Assembly: GCA_946621635.1 (NCBI GenBank)
Contig: CAMOOR010000002.1
Coordinates: forward strand, 33,944 to 97,943
Direction: 5' to 3'
Origin: an uncultured Bacteroidales bacterium
Lineage (GTDB): Bacteria > Bacteroidota > Bacteroidia > Bacteroidales > P3
DNA: 64,000 nucleotides
Below, one piece after another: positions 1-8,871 of this stretch. A program made the translations under genes and the position numbers. The notes beneath the pieces are model-generated. The model made no database searches. It saw only the letters and a list, made by a program, of their open reading frames with translations, and was not told where the DNA came from. Within the stretch, counting starts at the first letter, position 1. Each line of letters opens with the position of its first letter.

Positions 1-145
1 CCCGCCGGTCCAACCGGGCAAAAAACAGGTGCCCCGCACCCCGATTCCGGCCGGAACCAAACTGCCACCCAAACGTTAATTTAACTTAAATCTCACTTTA
101 CCCCACCCTACTCAACTCTCACAAAATCAAGAGAGAAGAAGGATG

Positions 146-178
146 GGAGATAGAGAGGAGTAAGAGGGGAGTAAGAGG
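146..178 (+). repeat. 11-bp phased purine-rich array (GGAGTAAGAGG x2 plus one degenerate unit); right arm of a long imperfect palindrome centred near 130
   Basis: Direct reading gives ggagtaagagg at 157-167 and 168-178. A pyrimidine-rich, partly complementary arm lies at ~95-120. Confidence 0.5.
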
Positions 179-303
179 GGGTGCCTTAAAGGTCTGAAAA
201 TCAAGGGGTATTTTTAGGGTTATGTTAAGTAGAAAATTGGACGCCGCAGGGGCGGAGGACGGCGGGGCTCGGGGCGAAAATTTGTCCCGATTGGAAACAA
301 AAT

Positions 304-334
304 TTTGCCAATTAAAAAAAAGGTTGTATCTTTG
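304..334 (+). promoter_or_regulatory. Bacteroidota-type promoter for rimP-nusA-infB (TTTG-N19-TATCTTTG)
   Basis: TTTG sits at 304-307 and TAtcTTTG at 327-334, 19 nt apart. This matches the known Bacteroides -33/-7 consensus. Almost the same box arrangement recurs upstream of lepA. Confidence 0.55.
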
Positions 335-376
335 CATCGGAATGAGAGAGGTCGAGAACCTCTCTTTTTGTTGGTT

Positions 377-817
377 ATGATAGAGAAAATCAAGATATTA
401 GAACTGGTAAACAATGCACTGGAGGGGAGCGAGAAGTTCCTGGTGAACCTGAAAATCACCCCCGACAACCGCATCTATGTCGACATCGACGGCGACAACG
501 GCGTCACCATCGACGACTGCATCGAGCTGAGCCGCGCCATCGAGGGCCAGCTGGACCGCGAGGAGGAGGACTTCGAGCTCAACGTCAGCTCGGCGGGAGC
601 CGACCAGCCGCTGAAGCTCACGCGTCAGTACCGCAAGAACGTGGGCCGCGAGCTGGAGGTGGTGACCGTCGACGGCGAACGCGCCGAAGGCACCCTGGAG
701 GACGCCTCGGACGAGGGCATCGTGCTCCGCACCAAGGGCACCAAGAAGCAGGCGCCGGAGACCCTGCGCTACGCCTACCGCGACATCAAGAGCGCCCGCG
801 TGGCGATAAAGTTCTGA
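377..817 (+). CDS. rimP: Ribosome maturation factor RimP
   Basis: The translation MIEKIKILELVNNAL...VNLKITPDNRIYVDIDGDNGVTIDDCIELSR looks like RimP, and the gene sits directly upstream of nusA-infB as expected. I chose the internal Met at 377 rather than the ORF start at 305, because the leader before it does not look like protein. Confidence 0.85.
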   Translation: MIEKIKILELVNNALEGSEKFLVNLKITPDNRIYVDIDGDNGVTIDDCIELSRAIEGQLDREEEDFELNVSSAGADQPLKLTRQYRKNVGRELEVVTVDGERAEGTLEDASDEGIVLRTKGTKKQAPETLRYAYRDIKSARVAIKF

Positions 818-915
818 GGCCGTGCCGGCAAGGTGCCGGAGGCCCGGAAAGACAGTGCCGGCAGGACGCCGGCGGTCCGAGAGAAAAGAAAAAAGAAGAA
901 ACAACATATATTAAG

Positions 916-2151
916 ATGAAAACGCTAGACTTGAGTGGTTCCTTTCAGGAATTCAAGGAATTTAAGAACATCGACCGCGAAACGCTGATGCGCATCCTCG
1001 AAGAGGTGTTCCGCACGGCCCTGGCCAAACGCTACGGCTCGGAGGACAACTTCGACATCATCGTCAACATCGACAAGGGCGACCTGGAGATTTTCCGCAA
1101 CCGCACCATCGTGGAGGACGGCGAGGTGAAGGACCCCAGCCGCGAGATTGCGCTGAGCGACGCACAGAAGATCGAGTCGGACTTCGAGGTCGGCGAGGAG
1201 TGCTCCGAGCCCATCCTGATGAGCGACTTCGGCCGCCGCGAAATCCTCTCCATCCGCCAGAACCTGGTGAGCAAGATCCAGGACTACGAGAAGAGCCTCA
1301 TCTTCCAGAAATACAAGGAGAAAGTGGGCGAAATCATCGTCGGCGAAGTCTACCAGCCCTGGAACAAGGAGATTCTCATCCTCGACGAGGAGAAGATCGA
1401 GCTTGTGCTGCCCAAGAGCGAGCAGATTCCCAGCGACCACTTCCGCAAGGGCGACACCGTGCGTGCCGTGGTGCTGAAGGTGGAGATGCGCAACAACAAC
1501 CCCAGCATCATCCTCTCGCGCACCAGTCCCATCTTCCTTGAGCGCCTGCTCGAAGCCGAGGTGCCCGAGATCTACGACGGCCTCATCACCATCCGCAACA
1601 TCGTGCGCCAGCCCGGCGAGCGTGCCAAGGTGGCCGTGGAGAGCTACGACGACCGCATCGACCCCGTGGGAAGCTGCGTGGGCGTCAAGGGCGGCCGTAT
1701 CCACGGCATCGTGCGCGAGCTGCGCAACGAGAATATCGACGTCATCAACTATACCTCGCGCGTGGACCTCATGATCCAGCGCGCCCTGAGCCCCGCCAAG
1801 GTCAGCAACATCAAGATCAACGAGGAAGCCAAGACCGCCGAGGTCTTCATGCAGCCCGACCAGGTGAGCCTGGCCATCGGCAAGGGCGGATACAACATCA
1901 AGCTGGCCTCCAAGCTCGTGGGATACGAAATCGAGGTCTACCGCGACACCGACGAGGACTTCGACGATGTGGCTCTGACCGAATTCAACGACGAGATCGA
2001 CCAGTGGATCATCGACGAGCTTATCAAGATTGGCTGCGACACCGCCAAGAGCGTGCTCGCACTGCCCAAGGAGGAGCTCATGACCCGCACCGACCTCGAG
2101 GAAGAGACCATCGACCACGTGCTCGAGGTACTGAGAGCAGAGTTTGAATAA
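916..2151 (+). CDS. nusA: Transcription termination/antitermination factor NusA
   Basis: 411 aa with S1/KH-type sequence (GEVYQPWNKEILILD..., KGGRIHGIVRELRNENIDVINY, QVSLAIGKGGYNIKLASKLVGYEIEV). It lies in the conserved rimP-nusA-infB order. Confidence 0.95.
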   Translation: MKTLDLSGSFQEFKEFKNIDRETLMRILEEVFRTALAKRYGSEDNFDIIVNIDKGDLEIFRNRTIVEDGEVKDPSREIALSDAQKIESDFEVGEECSEPILMSDFGRREILSIRQNLVSKIQDYEKSLIFQKYKEKVGEIIVGEVYQPWNKEILILDEEKIELVLPKSEQIPSDHFRKGDTVRAVVLKVEMRNNNPSIILSRTSPIFLERLLEAEVPEIYDGLITIRNIVRQPGERAKVAVESYDDRIDPVGSCVGVKGGRIHGIVRELRNENIDVINYTSRVDLMIQRALSPAKVSNIKINEEAKTAEVFMQPDQVSLAIGKGGYNIKLASKLVGYEIEVYRDTDEDFDDVALTEFNDEIDQWIIDELIKIGCDTAKSVLALPKEELMTRTDLEEETIDHVLEVLRAEFE

Positions 2152-2167
2152 TTGGAATCCAAAGCAT

Positions 2168-2195
2168 TTCAATTTTCAATTTTCAATTTTCACAT
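2168..2195 (+). repeat. Heptamer tandem repeat (TTCAATT x3 plus TTCACAT) in the nusA-infB spacer
   Basis: Direct reading shows units at 2168, 2175, 2182 and 2189. Confidence 0.9.
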
Positions 2196-2219
2196 TAAAA
2201 AGAAAGGACTCGAAGAATT

Positions 2220-5171
2220 ATGGCAAGTTTCAGACTGACAAAAGTGGCCAAGGATTTTAACGTGGGCATCCAGACCCTCGTGGACTACCTTGCCAAGAAG
2301 GGGCATCAGGTCGACGCCAACCCCAATACGAAGATTAGCGAAGAGCAGTATGAACTGCTGGCCACAGCTTTCCAGGGCGAACGCAAGGTGAAAGAGGAGG
2401 CCGACAAGATAGAGCTCGTTGCAAGCAGCAACCGGGTGGTGGAACTTGCCAGCAAGGACGAGTCCGACGAGGAAAAGGAAGAGGTCATCATCAAGAACTA
2501 CTCCTCTTCCAAAGCACAGGCCGAGGGCAAGGCCGAAGCCGCCGTGGAGGCCCCTATCGCCGCCGAGCCGGAGCCCGAGCCCGAACCCGAGCCCGAACCG
2601 GAGCCCGCGGCACCCGCACCCCAGGCCGAAGAGCCTGCCGAGGAGGAGCCCGTGGCATCGCAGTCCAAACCCGAAGAAGAGAATGAGGAGGAGGAAGAAG
2701 AGTCCGAGGACACCGCCGAAGCCGACAGCACGCCCGCTGCCGAAAGCAACAGTCCCTTCAAGGTGGTGGGCACCGTGGACCTCAGCGCCATCAACCAGCG
2801 CATGCGTCCCGACAAGAAGAAACGCAAGAAGGGCGAGAAACGCGAACCCGCCATCTCGCCTGCCGCCGCCGCCAAGCCCAAGGGCAGCGCCCCCGCCCCC
2901 AAGCCCGCTCCGGCACCCAAGCCCGAACCCGTCGAGCCTGCCAAACCCGCCGAGCCTGCCAAACCGGAGCCCGAGTTCATCGAGACCCAGTACACCAAGC
3001 TTGAAGGCCCCAAAGTGCTGGACAAAATCGACCTCAGCCAGTTCTCCAAGGACGGTGCCGACACCCCCGGCAGCAAGCGCAAGCGCAAACACCAGAAGAA
3101 GGAAGCCGTCAGCGCACAGGAGGTGAAGAAGATTGGCGCCGAGGTGGCCAAGAAGGAAAACAAGGAGAAGGAAAAGGCCAAGAAGGAGAGCCAGAAGAAC
3201 GCCGCCCAGCAGCAGGCTCCCAGCAAGAAGAAGAAAAAGAAAGAGGAGAAGAAGCCCGTCGAGATTGATGACAACGAAATCGAGAAGCAGATCCGCGACA
3301 CGCTGGCCCGCCTCTCGCCCCTCGGCAAATCGAAGACCTCCAAGCACAACCGCGAGAAGCGCCAGAAGGTGCACGCCCAGATGGAAGAGGAGCTCCAGCA
3401 CGAGATGGAGCAGCAGAACGTGCTGCAGGTGACGGAGTTCGTCACCGCCAACGAGCTGGCCACCATGATGAACGTGCCGGTGACCAAGATTATCGCCACC
3501 TGCATGTCGGTCGGCATCTTCGTCAGCATCAACCAGCGCCTCGACGCCGAGACCATCAAGCTCATCGCCGACGAGTTCGGCTTCGAGGTGAGCTTCGCCT
3601 CGGAGGATGTGGTCAACACCATCCACAAGATCGAGGAGGAAGACCGTCCCGAGGACCTCGTGCCCCGCAACCCCATCATCACCGTCATGGGCCATGTGGA
3701 CCACGGTAAGACCTCGCTGCTCGACTATATCCGCAAGACCAACGTCATCGCCGGCGAGGCGGGAGGCATCACCCAGCACATCGGTGCCTACGAGGTGCAG
3801 ACCGCCGACGGCCGCAAAATCACCTTCTTGGATACCCCCGGTCACGAGGCCTTCACCGCCATGCGTGCCCGCGGTGCCAAGATGACGGATATTGCCATCA
3901 TCGTCATCGCCGCCGACGACAAGATTATGCCGCAGACCGTCGAGGCCATCAACCACGCCCAGTCGGCCGGTGTGCCCATCGTCTTCGCCATCAACAAGAT
4001 CGATAAACCCGGCGCCGACCCCGACCGCATCAAGACCGAGCTGGCCAACATGAACCTGCTCATCGAGGAATGGGGCGGCAAATACCAGAGCCAGGACATC
4101 AGTGCCAAGAAGGGCATCGGTGTCGAAGAGCTGCTGGAGAAAGTCATCCTGCAGGCCGACATCATGGAGCTCAAAGGCAACCCCAACAAGCGCGCCAAGG
4201 GTGTGGTCATCGAGAGCGCCCTCGACAAGGGCCGTGGCTACATCGCCAAGCTCCTCGTGCAGGACGGCACCATCCGCAAGGGCGACCCCATCGTGGCCGG
4301 TGCCATCGCTGGCCGTGTGCGTGCCATGTACAACGAGCGCAACCAGGAGGTTATGTCCGCCGGTCCCTCGCAGCCTGTGCTGCTGCTGGGCCTCACCGGC
4401 GCCTGCCAGGCTGGCGACACCTTCAACGTCATGGAGAACGAAAAGGAAGCCAAGGACATCGCCGCCAAGCGTACCCAGCTTGCCCGCGAGCAGGGTCTGC
4501 GCACCCAGACGCACCTCACGCTCGAGGAGATCGGCCGTCGCCGCGCCCTGGGCAACTTCAAGGAACTCAATATCATCGTCAAGGGCGATGTGGACGGCTC
4601 CGTGGAAGCCCTCAGCGACTCGCTCATCAAACTCGGCACCGAGGAGGTGCAGGTCAACGTCATCCACAAGGGTGTGGGCCAGATCTCGGAGAACGACGTC
4701 ACGCTGGCCATGGCCTCCGACGCCATCATCATCGGCTTCCAGGTGCGTCCTTCCGTTGGCGCCCGCAAGATGGCCGAGACCGAGCACATCGACATCCGCC
4801 TCTACAGCATCATCTACGACGCCATCAACGAGCTCAAGGACGCCATCGAGGGCATGCTCGCCCCCGAGACGCAGGAGAAGATTGTGGCCAACCTCGAGAT
4901 CCGCGAGACCTTCAAGATCTCCAAGGTGGGCACCATCGCCGGCTGTATGTGCCTCGACGGCAAAATCAACCGACAGAGCAACATCCGCATCATCCGCGAC
5001 GGCATCGTGGTCTACACCGGCAAGCTCGCCTCCCTCAAGCGCTTCAAGGACGACGTCAAGGAGGTGGTCAGCGGCCAGGACTGCGGCCTGAACATCGAAA
5101 ACTACAACGACATCAAGGTCGGCGACATCGTCGAAGCCTACGAGGTCATTGAGATCAAGCGCAAGCTTTGA
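2220..5171 (+). CDS. infB: Translation initiation factor IF-2
   Basis: 983 aa with a low-complexity Pro/Glu/Lys-rich N-terminal linker. The GTPase core has [19 protein letters not shown] and NKID motifs, followed by typical IF-2 C-terminal domains. Confidence 0.96.
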   Translation: MASFRLTKVAKDFNVGIQTLVDYLAKKGHQVDANPNTKISEEQYELLATAFQGERKVKEEADKIELVASSNRVVELASKDESDEEKEEVIIKNYSSSKAQAEGKAEAAVEAPIAAEPEPEPEPEPEPEPAAPAPQAEEPAEEEPVASQSKPEEENEEEEEESEDTAEADSTPAAESNSPFKVVGTVDLSAINQRMRPDKKKRKKGEKREPAISPAAAAKPKGSAPAPKPAPAPKPEPVEPAKPAEPAKPEPEFIETQYTKLEGPKVLDKIDLSQFSKDGADTPGSKRKRKHQKKEAVSAQEVKKIGAEVAKKENKEKEKAKKESQKNAAQQQAPSKKKKKKEEKKPVEIDDNEIEKQIRDTLARLSPLGKSKTSKHNREKRQKVHAQMEEELQHEMEQQNVLQVTEFVTANELATMMNVPVTKIIATCMSVGIFVSINQRLDAETIKLIADEFGFEVSFASEDVVNTIHKIEEEDRPEDLVPRNPIITVMGHVDHGKTSLLDYIRKTNVIAGEAGGITQHIGAYEVQTADGRKITFLDTPGHEAFTAMRARGAKMTDIAIIVIAADDKIMPQTVEAINHAQSAGVPIVFAINKIDKPGADPDRIKTELANMNLLIEEWGGKYQSQDISAKKGIGVEELLEKVILQADIMELKGNPNKRAKGVVIESALDKGRGYIAKLLVQDGTIRKGDPIVAGAIAGRVRAMYNERNQEVMSAGPSQPVLLLGLTGACQAGDTFNVMENEKEAKDIAAKRTQLAREQGLRTQTHLTLEEIGRRRALGNFKELNIIVKGDVDGSVEALSDSLIKLGTEEVQVNVIHKGVGQISENDVTLAMASDAIIIGFQVRPSVGARKMAETEHIDIRLYSIIYDAINELKDAIEGMLAPETQEKIVANLEIRETFKISKVGTIAGCMCLDGKINRQSNIRIIRDGIVVYTGKLASLKRFKDDVKEVVSGQDCGLNIENYNDIKVGDIVEAYEVIEIKRKL

Positions 5172-5199
5172 TAGGTTATGGGTTATAGGTTATAGTTTG
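5172..5199 (+). repeat. Heptamer tandem repeat (TAGGTTA-like x4) immediately after the infB stop codon
   Basis: Reading gives taggtta tgggtta taggtta tagtttg, starting one nt after the TGA at 5169-5171. Confidence 0.85.
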
Positions 5200-5205
5200 T
5201 ACTAA

Positions 5206-5295
5206 GCCCCGCAGGGGCAACAGCGAATAGGCAGGGGTGAAGCGCAGCGTAACCCCTGCACACCCAACCACCCACCACCCAAGCCCCGCAGGGGC
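5206..5295. repeat. Cluster of three GC hairpins (GCCCCGCAGGGGC twice, flanking GCAGGGGT-N13-ACCCCTGC)
   Basis: Hairpins lie at 5206-5218, 5231-5259 and 5283-5295. The first and third have identical sequence. Confidence 0.7.
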
Positions 5296-5310
5296 GGCAG
5301 AAAATAAGAA

Positions 5311-5892
5311 ATGACAAAGAATCTCTACATAATAGCAGGTTGCAACGGAGCTGGCAAGACGACAGCTTCCTACACCATACTGCCCGAGATTCTTGACTGC
5401 CGCGAGTTCGTCAATGCCGATGAAATAGCCCGTGGCCTCTCGCCATTCAACCCCAACGGCATGGCCATAGAGGCTGGTAAACTAATGCTGAAACGCATAA
5501 AGGAGCTGCTCAGCCGCGACGAATCCTTTGCCATAGAGACCACCCTCGCCACACGCTCTTATGTCAATCTTGTGCATCAGGCACAGGCCAAGGGCTATCT
5601 CGTTACTCTGGTGTTCTTTTGGCTCAACAGCCCAGAGTTGGCGCTACGGCGTATTGCCGAGCGTGTACAGAACGGTGGCCACGATATTCCAGAGCCAACA
5701 GCACGACGTAGGTACATTGCAGGTATTGACAACCTCTTTAACCTATACATCCCGGAGGTTGACTATTGGATGATTTATGACAATAGCGAGTCGCCCTGTC
5801 TTCCCGTTGCACAAGGGAAATCAACGAAGACATCAACCCTCTACGATGAGGACAAACTGAATAAAATCAAGAGTTATGTCAGAAAAAGATGA
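5311..5892 (+). CDS. Zeta-toxin-like / AAA-family P-loop kinase (COG4185-type)
   Basis: Walker A motif GCNGAGKTT lies near the N-terminus. The ~190-aa size and overall sequence look like zeta-toxin-family ATPases. Confidence 0.65.
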   Translation: MTKNLYIIAGCNGAGKTTASYTILPEILDCREFVNADEIARGLSPFNPNGMAIEAGKLMLKRIKELLSRDESFAIETTLATRSYVNLVHQAQAKGYLVTLVFFWLNSPELALRRIAERVQNGGHDIPEPTARRRYIAGIDNLFNLYIPEVDYWMIYDNSESPCLPVAQGKSTKTSTLYDEDKLNKIKSYVRKR

Positions 5893-6058
5893 AAAACTAC
5901 TAACCGAGAAATTGTTATACGGTTTGAAAATCTCCGAGCGTCGCATGCTCGAAGAGAAAGCCCTGCATGGAGAGGACATTGTCGTCTGCGATGCCGACAA
6001 CAACATCCACCGCATACCCGCCAGCGAAGCATTAAAGAAACTTCCTGCCATACAATAA
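5876..6058 (+). CDS. Small hypothetical protein, translationally coupled to the zeta-like gene (possible cognate partner)
   Basis: 60-aa ORF overlapping the upstream stop by 17 nt. I recognise no family. Confidence 0.35.
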   Translation: MSEKDEKLLTEKLLYGLKISERRMLEEKALHGEDIVVCDADNNIHRIPASEALKKLPAIQ

Positions 6059-6089
6059 AACATCACGCCTCGCGTTAAATAGAAAACTT

Positions 6090-6164
6090 GCTCCTGTAGT
6101 TCAATGGATAGAATAGAGGTTTCCTAAACCTTTGATCAGGGTTCGATTCCCTGCGGGAGTACCA
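6090..6164 (+). tRNA. tRNA-Arg (anticodon CCT), CCA encoded
   Basis: A manual cloverleaf fits. The acceptor pairs GCTCCTG with CGGGAGT, including two G-U pairs. The T arm is CAGGG-TTCGATT-CCCTG. The anticodon stem is GAGGT/ACCTT with loop TTCCTAA, giving anticodon CCT. Discriminator A and CCA are at 6161-6164. Confidence 0.9.
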
Positions 6165-6166
6165 AA

Positions 6167-6201
6167 AAGAAGAGCACACGCATAGTTGCTCTTCTTTTTT
6201 T
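6167..6201 (+). terminator. Intrinsic terminator after tRNA-Arg
   Basis: A perfect 10-bp stem (aagaagagca at 6167-6176 pairing with tgctcttctt at 6187-6196) has a 10-nt loop and runs into a T-tract (6195-6201). Confidence 0.8.
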
Positions 6202-6430
6202 ACACTAATTCGCTTTTTGTGTAACGTTAATCATCGTGTAATTATCCGTTAATCATGCGTAAATCCTTTTGATTGACGGTAATTCGCATTTATCAAAATT
6301 CTTCCGTGCGGGCGATATGGAGGCTGGGCATTCTCCATTTTTTTCGTATCTTTGCATCGATGTCGCTTTATTGAAACAGGCAACATCCACCAACTAACAA
6401 GCATAGTATCATACGAATAACATAACCTTA

Positions 6431-7795
6431 GTGATTATGAAAAGACCAACATTCAAGCCCCAAGCGCCCGACATAATCCTCACGGGTGACGGCCGCAGGA
6501 TTGCGAAGACCTGCCTGCTGCTTTTCTTCTTGTTTGCCAGCACTTTCTGCCATGCTCAGACGGCCGTCAATGTCCTTTTCGTGGGCAACAGCTACACCGA
6601 GGTCAACGACCTGCCGGGGATGGTGACGCAGATTGCCCGGTCGATGGGCGACGAGCTCGCCTGCCAGAGCAACACCCCCGGCGGCTGCACCTTCAGCCAG
6701 CATTGCAGCAACCACTCGATGGAGCTCATCCGACAGGGCGGCTGGCAATTCGTCGTGCTGCAGGAGCAGAGCCAGTATCCGTCGTTCCCGCAGCAGCAGG
6801 TCGAAAGCGAGGTGTTCCCCTACGCCCAGCGGCTGGTCGACTCCGTCTACCGCCATTCGCCTTGTGCCGAGCCGGTGTTCTACATGACGTGGGGGCGCAA
6901 GAACGGCGACCAGGGCAACGCCCCCTATTTCCCCGTGCTGGGCACCTACGAGGGCATGGACAGCATGCTCTGCGAGCGCTACACCTACATGGCCGAGGCC
7001 TACGACGCCTCGCTGTGCCCCGTGGGTCGCGTGTGGCGCTATCTGCGCACCCGGCGCCCCACTATCGAGCTCTACCAATCCGACGGCAGCCACCCCTCGG
7101 TAGCGGGCACCTATGCGGCCGCGTGCGCCTTCTACACACTCTTCTTCCATCGTAACCCGACTGGCATACCCTTCGAGCCCTCGCAGATGGCCCCCGACGT
7201 TGCGTCGGCCATCCGCCATGCCGTCGATTCGGTAGTGTATCAGCAACTTGACAGCTGGCGCCGTCCGCAACCCGTGGCCGCCTTCGAGAGCTACATCGAC
7301 GACACCGACCCCATGACGGTCGTCCTGGCCTCCACCTCCGCGCATGCCGACAGCCTTGTGTGGATAATCGACGATGGCGAAGCCCTCGGCACGACCGACA
7401 CCACACTGACGCACACCTTCGCCGACACCGGCAGCCAAACCATCACCCTAATCGCCTCGCGCCATTGCATGGCAGACACCACCACCGCGTCCGTCCACAT
7501 CGTTGGCGACACCACGCCTCCCCTACCCATAGGCATCGCAAGTGCTGTCAGCATCAACGATTTTGCCGTTTCCCCAAACCCTACCGACGGCATGGTCATC
7601 CTTACGATACCGCCCAACTGTGAAATGCAGAGAGTCGTAGCGACCGACATGGCTGGACGCCAGATAAAATCAGTCCCGGTCACGTCGACCGACATTAAGG
7701 TTGTTTTTTGGCTAGATAACTGTGCTTCAGGCGTCTACTTACTGCATGCCGTTGCCGCGACAGGAATCGCAACACGCAAGATAGTAGTGAGATAA
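6431..7795 (+). CDS. Secreted SGNH/DUF4886-like hydrolase with a T9SS C-terminal sorting domain
   Basis: A signal peptide is followed by VLFVGNSYT...DGSHPS (SGNH-like). The C-terminal ~75 aa (SPNPTDGMVILTIP...GVYLLHAV...RKIVVR) looks like a type A Por-secretion tail. A TAtcTTTG box lies at 6347-6354. Confidence 0.7.
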   Translation: MIMKRPTFKPQAPDIILTGDGRRIAKTCLLLFFLFASTFCHAQTAVNVLFVGNSYTEVNDLPGMVTQIARSMGDELACQSNTPGGCTFSQHCSNHSMELIRQGGWQFVVLQEQSQYPSFPQQQVESEVFPYAQRLVDSVYRHSPCAEPVFYMTWGRKNGDQGNAPYFPVLGTYEGMDSMLCERYTYMAEAYDASLCPVGRVWRYLRTRRPTIELYQSDGSHPSVAGTYAAACAFYTLFFHRNPTGIPFEPSQMAPDVASAIRHAVDSVVYQQLDSWRRPQPVAAFESYIDDTDPMTVVLASTSAHADSLVWIIDDGEALGTTDTTLTHTFADTGSQTITLIASRHCMADTTTASVHIVGDTTPPLPIGIASAVSINDFAVSPNPTDGMVILTIPPNCEMQRVVATDMAGRQIKSVPVTSTDIKVVFWLDNCASGVYLLHAVAATGIATRKIVVR

Positions 7796-7878
7796 TTTCC
7801 GTTTATTTGGCTCCATCGAAGATATTCCTGCGCGTAGGTGCTCAAAAACATTTACACATTAACACATTGGATGCGCGT

Positions 7879-7922
7879 CTACTCCTTTTACTCCCCTTTT
7901 GCTCCCCTTCGTACCCCCTTCT
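7879..7922 (-). repeat. 11-bp phased pyrimidine-rich array (reverse complement GGAGTAAAAGG-like)
   Basis: Four successive 11-mers read ctactcctttt / actcccctttt / gctccccttcg / tacccccttct. Confidence 0.5.
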
Positions 7923-7999
7923 GGGTAACTCTGCTGTTACTATATAATAACTCCGCTGTAAATCCGTTACACCCATAGTCATCATCAACAACACACACT

Positions 8000-8776
8000 A
8001 TGGCAAAGACCAACCCAACCCTCGGTCCTAATTCCGGCAAAATCGGCGACTTGGTATATTACACCCGCTTCGGCAAGGAGTTCGTACGCCGTAAGGCAGA
8101 GAACTTTAACGACTGCAAGTCGGATGCGCAGCTGCGCCAGCGCGCCCTCTTCAAGGCCACCCAGCAGACCGCAGCCCTATATGGTTCCATGTTACAACGC
8201 GGCCTCACCAAATATGCCCATAGCCATGGGCATACCGAAGCCAACGAGTTCTCGCGCCTCAACAAAGAATGCTTCACCTATGTCGGCGGCAAAGTCACCA
8301 TCGACTACCCAGCCCTGCAACTTGCGGTTGGCCCCCTGCCCTCAGTCGCATTCACTGCTTGCCACGCCGAAGGTCTCCACATCACGCTGACCTTCGACCC
8401 CAACCCCTCTGCCGACAAAGCCCGTCCCGACGATGTCGTCCACATCTATGCCGTCTCCCCGCAAGCCGAAGTCTGCATGCTTATGGCCAGCGTTGAACGC
8501 CAATCCGGACAGGCCGCCCTCGACCTCCCCGACCTGAGCGACGAGGTAACAACAGCATGCAAAAAAGAGCCAACGAATAAACCATTGAATAAGACTAACG
8601 CATTCATACACTCACGCACTAACGCAATCAACTATCACCTCTACGCCATCGTCGAAACAGCCAACACCGCCCCCATCCCCACCCTCTCTGCCGCCGAAAA
8701 GAAAGCCAACAAGCTCCACCGCAACATCAACCGCCGCGTATCCAACTCCATATTCATCGGCACCATTACCGCCTAA
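8000..8776 (+). CDS. DUF6266-like hypothetical protein (paralog of the minus-strand gene ending at 45082)
   Basis: The N-terminus MAKTNPTLGPNSGKIGDLVYYTRFGKEFVRRKAENFNDCKSDAQLRQRALFK aligns with MAKQRYGINDAYQGTVGTVIGYEWRGKWCLRARPRMVRNPRTEAQQVNREVFK of the second copy. The DUF6266 family name is from memory. Confidence 0.6.
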   Translation: MAKTNPTLGPNSGKIGDLVYYTRFGKEFVRRKAENFNDCKSDAQLRQRALFKATQQTAALYGSMLQRGLTKYAHSHGHTEANEFSRLNKECFTYVGGKVTIDYPALQLAVGPLPSVAFTACHAEGLHITLTFDPNPSADKARPDDVVHIYAVSPQAEVCMLMASVERQSGQAALDLPDLSDEVTTACKKEPTNKPLNKTNAFIHSRTNAINYHLYAIVETANTAPIPTLSAAEKKANKLHRNINRRVSNSIFIGTITA

Positions 8777-8848
8777 CCATAGCCCAGAAATACAACTGCC
8801 AATGAAAAAAATCAATAACAGATACAATAAAAAGAACACTTTTTCGTT

Positions 8849-8869
8849 TACCTTATGTAAAATAAGGTA
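8849..8869 (+). promoter_or_regulatory. 8-bp inverted repeat (TACCTTAT-N5-ATAAGGTA) ending 2 nt (8870-8871) before the dcm ATG at 8872
   Basis: Direct reading. It could be an operator or a translational hairpin. Confidence 0.35.
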
Positions 8870-8871
8870 AA

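Noticed and set aside
925-2172. 415-aa minus-strand ORF covering all of nusA
   Set aside because: It is an antisense shadow of a high-G+C gene. The translation is a low-information Ala/Gly/Val/Leu/Asp/His-rich string with no motifs, while the + strand encodes an unmistakable NusA.
2560-2620. (GAGCCC/GAACCC)n repeat encoding [13 protein letters not shown] in infB
   Set aside because: It is an ordinary low-complexity linker of the IF-2 N-terminal region. It is in frame and typical for the family.
2190-4787. 865-aa minus-strand ORF, and several + ORFs in other frames, across infB
   Set aside because: The same shadow-ORF effect applies. IF-2 on the + strand explains the region.
6166-8000. An integrative element anchored at tRNA-Arg
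   Set aside because: No integrase, excisionase or duplicated tRNA 3' segment is visible in the window. The adjacent gene (6431-7795) has host-like composition.
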